Origin: Candidatus Binatia bacterium
Lineage (GTDB): Bacteria; Desulfobacterota; Binatia; UBA9968; JAJDTQ01
Reading direction: 5' to 3'
Assembly: GCA_963666515.2 (NCBI GenBank)
Contig: OY762897.2
Coordinates: 4,576,001-4,640,000, forward strand
DNA: 64,000 nucleotides
Shown: one piece after another, positions 57,958 through 64,000 of the stretch
How positions within the stretch are numbered: position 1 is the first letter of the stretch
How the letters are laid out: the number at the start of each line of letters is the position of its first letter
Made by a program: the position numbers and the translations under genes
Notes under the pieces: generated by a model
The model's database searches: none
Told to the model about the DNA's origin: nothing
Seen by the model: the letters and a program-made list of their open reading frames with translations, nothing else

Positions 57958-58119
57958 TCCGTTCGGCGCCCGTGCTTGTTTGTGTTGACAATGTTGCGAC
58001 TATGTCAATGAATTTCTGGATAAATTAATTTCTTGGTATGGCACGATGGCCTGAAGGGATCTGCAAGTTCAGCATTGGAGTCATTGCTATTAGCCAAAAT
58101 TCGCGTAAAATTGGCATCC

Positions 58120-59268
58120 ATGTATGCCAGATTACTGAAAACCCCTACTCGTTCGGCTTTTCTTTTCGGTCCTCGAGGCACTGGAAAATCGACTTGGATT
58201 CGACAGCGATATCCAGAAGCGCCGCTTTACGACCTGCTCGACACGGGCGAAGCTCTGCGCCTCGCCGCGGACCCCCAAGCCCTCTATCGGGAACTCGCGA
58301 ATCGCCCCACCGGCAGTTGGGCGGTGATCGACGAGGTGCAAAAGGCGCCGGCGCTGCTCAACGAGGTGCATCGGCTGATCGAAGGGAAGGGTCTGCGCTT
58401 CGTTCTCTCGGGGTCAAGTGCCCGCAAGCTGCGGCGCGGGGGCGTTAATTTGCTCGCCGGACGGGCCATCACCACTAACCTGTTCCCGTTGACCTCTGCC
58501 GAGCTGTCCTCTGACTTCGACGTGGAGCACGCCCTGCAATTCGGCACCCTGCCGTTGGCCGTTGACGCCGACACGGCGCAGGACTATCTGCGCAGCTACG
58601 TGGAAACCTATCTGACCCAGGAAGTCCAGGCCGAAGCCCTGACCCGCAACGTCAGCGCCTTCGCCCGCTTTCTCGAAGTGACCGCGCGGCAAAATGCCCA
58701 AACCACCAACGCCACCGGCATTGCCCGCGACACCGGCGTCCATCGGCGCACGGTGGAGAGCCACTTCCAGATTCTTGTGGATACCCTGCTCGGCCATTGG
58801 CTGCCGGCTTGGCGATTGAAGTCGTCCAATCGGCAGTTGCAGCGCAGCAAGTTTTATTTCTTCGATTGCGGCGTCGCCCGAGCGCTGACGGGACGGCTGC
58901 CCTATCCGCCCACCGCCGAAGAGTTGGGTCCGCAAATGGAGACCCTCGTCCTCAACGAGTTGCGCGCTTACCTCGCCTATTCCAAGCTGGGCTACGTTCC
59001 CCACTACTGGCGCTCCTATGATGGCGCCGAGGTGGACTTCCTGATAGAAACCGCTCAGGGTTTCATCGCCATTGAGGTGAAAGCGGCTGGTAGGTGGGAA
59101 AAGCGCTTCAATCGGGGTCTAAGGCGCGTCGCCGATGAATTGGGGCGAAGCAGAACCACCTGCTACGGCATCTACTCCGGCGAACGCACTGCCCTCTGGG
59201 ATGATGTACAGGTGTTGCCCGTGACGGACTTTCTGCAGAGCCTTTGGGGTGGAGAGTTCATGGCCTGA
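58120..59268 (+). CDS. AAA+ ATPase (AAA_14) with DUF4143 / PD-(D/E)xK-like tail
   Basis: GPRGTGKS, IDEVQK, LSGSS, LLAGR, KFYFFDCG, EVDFL..IEVK. Confidence 0.9.
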   Translation: MYARLLKTPTRSAFLFGPRGTGKSTWIRQRYPEAPLYDLLDTGEALRLAADPQALYRELANRPTGSWAVIDEVQKAPALLNEVHRLIEGKGLRFVLSGSSARKLRRGGVNLLAGRAITTNLFPLTSAELSSDFDVEHALQFGTLPLAVDADTAQDYLRSYVETYLTQEVQAEALTRNVSAFARFLEVTARQNAQTTNATGIARDTGVHRRTVESHFQILVDTLLGHWLPAWRLKSSNRQLQRSKFYFFDCGVARALTGRLPYPPTAEELGPQMETLVLNELRAYLAYSKLGYVPHYWRSYDGAEVDFLIETAQGFIAIEVKAAGRWEKRFNRGLRRVADELGRSRTTCYGIYSGERTALWDDVQVLPVTDFLQSLWGGEFMA

Positions 59269-59292
59269 AACAACAACATCTTCCGGCGGGCA

Positions 59293-61950
59293 CTAAAAGC
59301 TCAGCGAGATGTCCCGGTGGTGCGACAGGCAGGCTGCCACTTCTTTCGCCACCGGGGTCGGCAGCCGCTCGAGCTGCCGTATTCCGATGGTTCCGCGAAG
59401 GGCGTCCTCGTAGGCGGTCAGACCGGGATCGAGTTCCCGGGCGGCCCGCGAGCGCCATTCCAGCTCTCGCTCGAACAGGCCGACCGCTTCGTCCAGGCGG
59501 GTCGCGGCGCGCTTCCGGCCGGAGGCGCCCCGCCTCACGTCGGCGCGCGCCTTCGACAGGGAGTTCCGCAGATCGTAGGTTCCGGGGACCTTTCGGAGCG
59601 ACCGCTCGGCGTCGCGGATGACGGCGCCCGCCTCCTTCGGCGCCTGCGTTCGAAGGACTTCTGGCAGCGCCTTGATCTTCGCGCCGGCGGCCTCCAACTC
59701 CGGCACCTTCGCCAGCATCTCGCGTACGGTCCGCACGGAGCCGGCGGCGTCGTCGACATTGCGCCGGTAGTTGCGGCGGGCGGTGTTTTCCTTCTTCTCC
59801 AGGGACAGGTAGCGCTGGCGCAACTCTTTGGCGCCCTCCGGGCGTGTCGCCTCCACCCGTTCCCTTCGTTTCGTCAACTCCTCCACCTCATGGCGCAAGT
59901 CCGCCACCACCTCGGGGCCGGCGTCCCGTCCCAGCCGCCGGATGGTGGTCCGGATCTCGCGGATCTCCCGGTCGATGCGACGTTCGTCCGCGTTGATGCG
60001 CCGGACCACGGCATGGGTGGACTTGTAGGTCTCCCCGAACGCGCTTCGTTCCGCGTCGGTGCGGCGTACCTCCGCAACCAGGTCGAAGGTGCGGGCCGCC
60101 TTCTCCATGCCGCCCGTGAGGCTGCGGCGGAGCTTTTCCGGCAAGTAGCTCGTGTCGAGGGCCTGCGCGGTCCGGATGCTCGCCAGGATGGTCTGGCGGT
60201 CGCGGTCGTACTGCTCGAACAGGTGCTGCTCCAGGCAGCGCTGGAGGCGCGGGTTCCGGGGCGGCGGCGCGGTCTCGCCGGTGAGAGACGTGCGCGCCGG
60301 CAGGTAGTTCACGAGCGGAGGATAGAATCCGACGATGGCCAGGGCCACGAGCTGCAGCACGATGAACGCCACCACGCCGCGGTAGATGTCGGTGGTCAGC
60401 ACCGAGGGCGGCGCCACCCCGCGCAGATAGAACAGCGCGAAGCCGAACGGCGGCGTCAGGAAGGAGGTCTGCATGTTGACGCCGATCATGACGCCGAGCC
60501 AGACCGCGGTGATGTTGGCCGATGGGTCCGACAGCAGGATGGGCGCCACGATGGGCACCACCACCACCGCGATCTCGATGAAGTCGAGGAAGAAGCCGAG
60601 GATGAAGATCACCGCCATGACCACGATGAACTGGGTCCAGAAACCGCCGGGCAGGGTGGTCAGGAACTCCTTCACCAGCTCCTCGCCGCCGAAGCCCCGG
60701 AAGGCTGCCGTCAGCATGGCCGCGCCCAGCAGGATGATGAAGACCATGGCCGTGGTCTTGGCGGTCTCCACCATGACGCCGGCGAGCATCCGCTCGGTGC
60801 GGTAGGCGCGCCAGCCGCTCCAGGTCACGGCCACCAGCAGCCCGGCCACCGCGATGGCGGCAAGGCTCACGCCCACCGCCTCGTAGGCGCCGTGAACGGT
60901 GCGTATGTTCAGGTCGAAGGTCGCCAGCAGGACGGCGAGGGCGAGCAAGGAAACGCCCGCGATGATGGCCGGCGTGAAGCACCCGCGCTGTCCCTCCCTG
61001 AGCCGGTATCCCGCCATGATGGTGGCGCCGACGGCGCCGATGGCGCCGGCTTGGTTGACCGTGGCGATGCCGGCGATGATGGAGCCGAGCACGGCCAGGA
61101 TGAGCGCCAGCGGCGGCACCAGGGCCAGCACCACCCGGACGGCGAACTGGCGGTCGAAGCGTCCTTCCATGGGGATGGCCGGCGCGCTGCCGGGCCGGAT
61201 GAGCGCCACCGCGAGGATGTAGATGACGTACAGCCCCACCAGCACCAGCCCGGGCACGATGGCGCCCAGGAACATGTCGCCGGCGCTGGCCGAGGTGATG
61301 TCGAACTCGGTGGGCATGACGAAGTTGCCGGTGGCGGCCTTGTAGTCCACCTGCCGCAACGTGCTGGCCTGGTCGGTGGCGTTGGAGAGCTGGTCGGCCA
61401 GGATGATGAGCACGACGGAGGGCGGAATGATCTGCCCCAACGTGCCCGCCGCGGAAATGGTACCGGTGGCGAGCTGGCGCGAGTAGCCGTTGCGCAGCAT
61501 GGCCGGCAGCGAGATCAGCCCCATGGCCACCACGGTGGCGCCGAGAATGCCGGTGGTGGCGGCGAGCAGCGCTCCCACCAGCACCACCGAGATGCCGAGG
61601 CCGCCGGGGATCGGCCCGAACAGGCGAGCCATGGTCACTAGCAGATCCTCGGCGATCTTGGAGCGCTGCAGCATGATGCCCATGAACACGAACAACGGCA
61701 CCGCGATGATGGTGTCGCGCTCCACCTCCCAGTAGACGCCGCGGAAGTTGGTGACGCCCGCGGTCAGCCACTGGACCGGCCCGTCCTGGGCGAAGAACGA
61801 GCTGGCGTCGCCGGTGAAGACGTAGCCGGCGAGCGCCGCGAGCCCGATGGTCAGGATGGCCGAGCCGGGCAGCGCGAAGGCCACCGGGAACCCCGATGCC
61901 AGGGCTCCGGCCATGGCCAGGATCAGCAGTGCGAGGAAGAGATGCTCCAC
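59293..61950 (-). CDS. dctM: TRAP transporter large permease with long soluble C-terminal extension
   Basis: GFPVAFAL, AGTLGQIIPPS, NMQTSFLTPPFGFALFYLRG. Confidence 0.92.
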   Translation of the reverse strand: MEHLFLALLILAMAGALASGFPVAFALPGSAILTIGLAALAGYVFTGDASSFFAQDGPVQWLTAGVTNFRGVYWEVERDTIIAVPLFVFMGIMLQRSKIAEDLLVTMARLFGPIPGGLGISVVLVGALLAATTGILGATVVAMGLISLPAMLRNGYSRQLATGTISAAGTLGQIIPPSVVLIILADQLSNATDQASTLRQVDYKAATGNFVMPTEFDITSASAGDMFLGAIVPGLVLVGLYVIYILAVALIRPGSAPAIPMEGRFDRQFAVRVVLALVPPLALILAVLGSIIAGIATVNQAGAIGAVGATIMAGYRLREGQRGCFTPAIIAGVSLLALAVLLATFDLNIRTVHGAYEAVGVSLAAIAVAGLLVAVTWSGWRAYRTERMLAGVMVETAKTTAMVFIILLGAAMLTAAFRGFGGEELVKEFLTTLPGGFWTQFIVVMAVIFILGFFLDFIEIAVVVVPIVAPILLSDPSANITAVWLGVMIGVNMQTSFLTPPFGFALFYLRGVAPPSVLTTDIYRGVVAFIVLQLVALAIVGFYPPLVNYLPARTSLTGETAPPPRNPRLQRCLEQHLFEQYDRDRQTILASIRTAQALDTSYLPEKLRRSLTGGMEKAARTFDLVAEVRRTDAERSAFGETYKSTHAVVRRINADERRIDREIREIRTTIRRLGRDAGPEVVADLRHEVEELTKRRERVEATRPEGAKELRQRYLSLEKKENTARRNYRRNVDDAAGSVRTVREMLAKVPELEAAGAKIKALPEVLRTQAPKEAGAVIRDAERSLRKVPGTYDLRNSLSKARADVRRGASGRKRAATRLDEAVGLFERELEWRSRAARELDPGLTAYEDALRGTIGIRQLERLPTPVAKEVAACLSHHRDISLSF

Positions 61951-61952
61951 GG

Positions 61953-62960
61953 TCAGGACGGCTCGGGTGTAGCTTGGTCAGCGGTCTGGCCGCGAAGCAC
62001 CGCCATGGCGTCCAGGAAGTAGGCCAGGAACTGGGTCATCATGGACACGGCGTACACGGCGAGGAAGCCCGCCATCAGGTACTTGACGTAGAGGCCGAAC
62101 CCGCTCTGCGAGGTCTCGAAATAGAGCAGCGGGCTGTTGATGACCGACGCCTTGCCCGCCATGCCGACGGCCAGGATGGTCCAGCACAGCGGCACGCCCA
62201 GCACCATGGAGCCCCAGGCGTTGACCAGGGCCTTGCGCTTTTCACTGAAATGGGTGAACAGCACGTCCACACGGACGTGGCCTTCGGCCACCAGGGTGTG
62301 GGCGCTGGCAAACAGGAACAGCGCGGCGTACCAGAAACGGACCAGGTCGCCCATGAAGGCCTGCTCGTAGGAGAAGATGAAGCGCGCGATGACGATCTGA
62401 AATTCGGCCACCACCACCAGCAGCGAGAGCCAGATGAAGTCGAGCCCGCGCTTGAACCAGGCCACCACCGCCGCGGCCAGGATCAGCGGGATGTGGACGT
62501 AGGCGCCGCGGAAGCTCGACACGCCCAGTCGCTGGGCCAGCGTCTCGCCGAAGACCGGCGGGAGCAGCCCTTCCACGCGCAGGAACGACAGGACTCCGTC
62601 GACGATGCCGATGAAGAACGTCGCCCAGAAGGCGGTGGCGATGATGTAGGCGGTGACGGCGCTGAGCAGCGCGGCGTCCGATGCGAACGGCCGCTCACGG
62701 GTCCGCAGCGTGATGACGACGATGCCAGCCACCGCCAGGACGTAGCCGGCGAACTGCAGCCATGCCTGGACAATAGCGGTTACGTCGAGCGGCGCCGAGC
62801 CGAGGATGCTTCCGGCGCCGGGCCAGCCCTGCCAGAAAGTGAGGTAGTTGTTGAGGAGAAAAACGAACGTCGTCGCGGCCAGCGACAGCGCCAACGCGCG
62901 GTAGAGCGCATCCGCCGTGCCGTGCCGTCTCGCGCCCGCATCCAACCGAGCCCCCGTCAC
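61953..62960 (-). CDS. dctQ: TRAP transporter small permease with extra N-terminal TM segments
   Basis: VIARFIF, EGHVRVDVLF; between dctP and dctM. Confidence 0.88.
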   Translation of the reverse strand: MTGARLDAGARRHGTADALYRALALSLAATTFVFLLNNYLTFWQGWPGAGSILGSAPLDVTAIVQAWLQFAGYVLAVAGIVVITLRTRERPFASDAALLSAVTAYIIATAFWATFFIGIVDGVLSFLRVEGLLPPVFGETLAQRLGVSSFRGAYVHIPLILAAAVVAWFKRGLDFIWLSLLVVVAEFQIVIARFIFSYEQAFMGDLVRFWYAALFLFASAHTLVAEGHVRVDVLFTHFSEKRKALVNAWGSMVLGVPLCWTILAVGMAGKASVINSPLLYFETSQSGFGLYVKYLMAGFLAVYAVSMMTQFLAYFLDAMAVLRGQTADQATPEPS

Positions 62961-63033
62961 CGTGGGAAACCGTAGCGGCCTGCAGGATGACGGGTCGGCG
63001 TCTGGCGCGACGCCGGCCCGTAGTCCCGGATGT

Positions 63034-64000
63034 TTAGCTGGACACGCCCAGCACGCGGTTGCGCTGTGCCACGTAGGCCTGGTCGGAGAGGTTCGACCAG
63101 CCGCCGATCTCCCGGCGCGCCTTGTCGAAGCTCTCGTGAATCCGCCGGGCGAGCTTGCTGTGGGTCACCACTCCGGCGAAGACCTCCTCGGCCGCCTTGC
63201 CGAACGAGTCGTAGATGTCGTCGTTGAACTTGCGCACCTGGACGCCCTGGTCGCGCGTCAGCCGGGCCAGCGCCGCGCCGTTCTTGGCGTTGTACTCGGC
63301 CATCATCACGTCGTTCTCCGTGGCGGCCGCGGCATCGAGCAGCGCCTGATCCGACTTCGACAATGAGTCCCAGAACTTCTTGTTGAAGCCTGCCGACAGC
63401 ATCGAGCCGGGCTCGTGCATGCCCGGATAGTAGTAGTACTTGGCCGCCTCGTAGAACTTCATGACCTCGTCGTTCCACGGCCCCACCCACTCGGTGGCGT
63501 CGATGGCGCCCGAGACGAGGTTCTCGTAGATCTGCCCGCCCGGCAGGGACACCGGCGAGGCGCCGAGCTTGGCCATGACGTCGCCGCCCAGGCCCGGGAT
63601 ACGCATCTTGAGGCCCTTGAGGTCGTCGGCGCTGTTGATCTCCTTGCGGAACCAGCCGCCCATCTGGACGCCCGTGTTGCCGCACATGAGACCCTTGAGA
63701 CCGAACTCGCCGGCCAGCTCGTCCCACAGCTCCTGTCCGCCCCCGAAACGCATCCAGCCGTTCATCTCGGTGTAGGTGAGGCCGAAAGGCACCGACGTGA
63801 CGTAGGCCCAGCCGGGATGCTTGCCCTTCCAGTAGTAGTCCGCGGCGTGATAGGCCTGCGCGTTGCCCGAAGCCACCTCGTCGAACGAGTCGAAGGCGCC
63901 GACGCGCTCGCCCGCGGCGAAATAGCTCACCTGGATGCGGCCGTCGCTCATGTCCTGGATGCGCTTGGCAAAGCGCTGAGCGCCGGTGCCGAGACCGGGG
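63034..64000 (-). CDS. dctP: TRAP substrate-binding protein (TakP-like), 5' end outside window
   Basis: YYWKGK, GNTGVQMGGWF, LKMRIPGLGG, DATEWVGP. Confidence 0.93.
   Translation of the reverse strand, partial: PGLGTGAQRFAKRIQDMSDGRIQVSYFAAGERVGAFDSFDEVASGNAQAYHAADYYWKGKHPGWAYVTSVPFGLTYTEMNGWMRFGGGQELWDELAGEFGLKGLMCGNTGVQMGGWFRKEINSADDLKGLKMRIPGLGGDVMAKLGASPVSLPGGQIYENLVSGAIDATEWVGPWNDEVMKFYEAAKYYYYPGMHEPGSMLSAGFNKKFWDSLSKSDQALLDAAAATENDVMMAEYNAKNGAALARLTRDQGVQVRKFNDDIYDSFGKAAEEVFAGVVTHSKLARRIHESFDKARREIGGWSNLSDQAYVAQRNRVLGVSS

Overview
GC-rich bacterial chromosomal segment. The gene set (LLM, amidohydrolase, XdhA-type, TPP and FAH paralogues, TRAP, many TA and RM genes) is reminiscent of host-associated deltaproteobacteria-like genomes, which is inference only. 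Housekeeping and catabolic blocks alternate with lower-GC defence/accessory pockets: (1) 1-2545: end of a SIR2-like gene, a catalytically altered HAM1/ITPase gene (Kongming-like module), a decayed higBA and an AAA+/DUF4143 ATPase. (2) 10.7-23.2 kb: a type I R-M operon (hsdR-hsdS-hsdM) split at the hsdM start by a 5.9 kb insert carrying vsr, an RHH gene, a GHKL ATPase-nuclease, a C5 DNA methyltransferase and two orphan Rpn C-terminal ORFs, followed by a structured leader and a deleted NYN gene. (3) 32.7-37.8 kb: vapBC, a degenerate-PHP/SMC-like ATPase, a Schlafen/AlbA_2-HATPase gene and a structured non-coding stretch. (4) 46.9-59.3 kb: duplicated 3' part of a voltage-gated Na+ channel gene bracketing a decayed IS1595 cargo operon and relBE, then vapBC, a 1716-aa DEDD exonuclease-RecQ-UvrD fusion and a second DUF4143 ATPase. 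One tRNA-Asn and two REP families are present. I saw no CRISPR array, integrase or reverse transcriptase. All calls are from motif recognition by eye; no searches were run.
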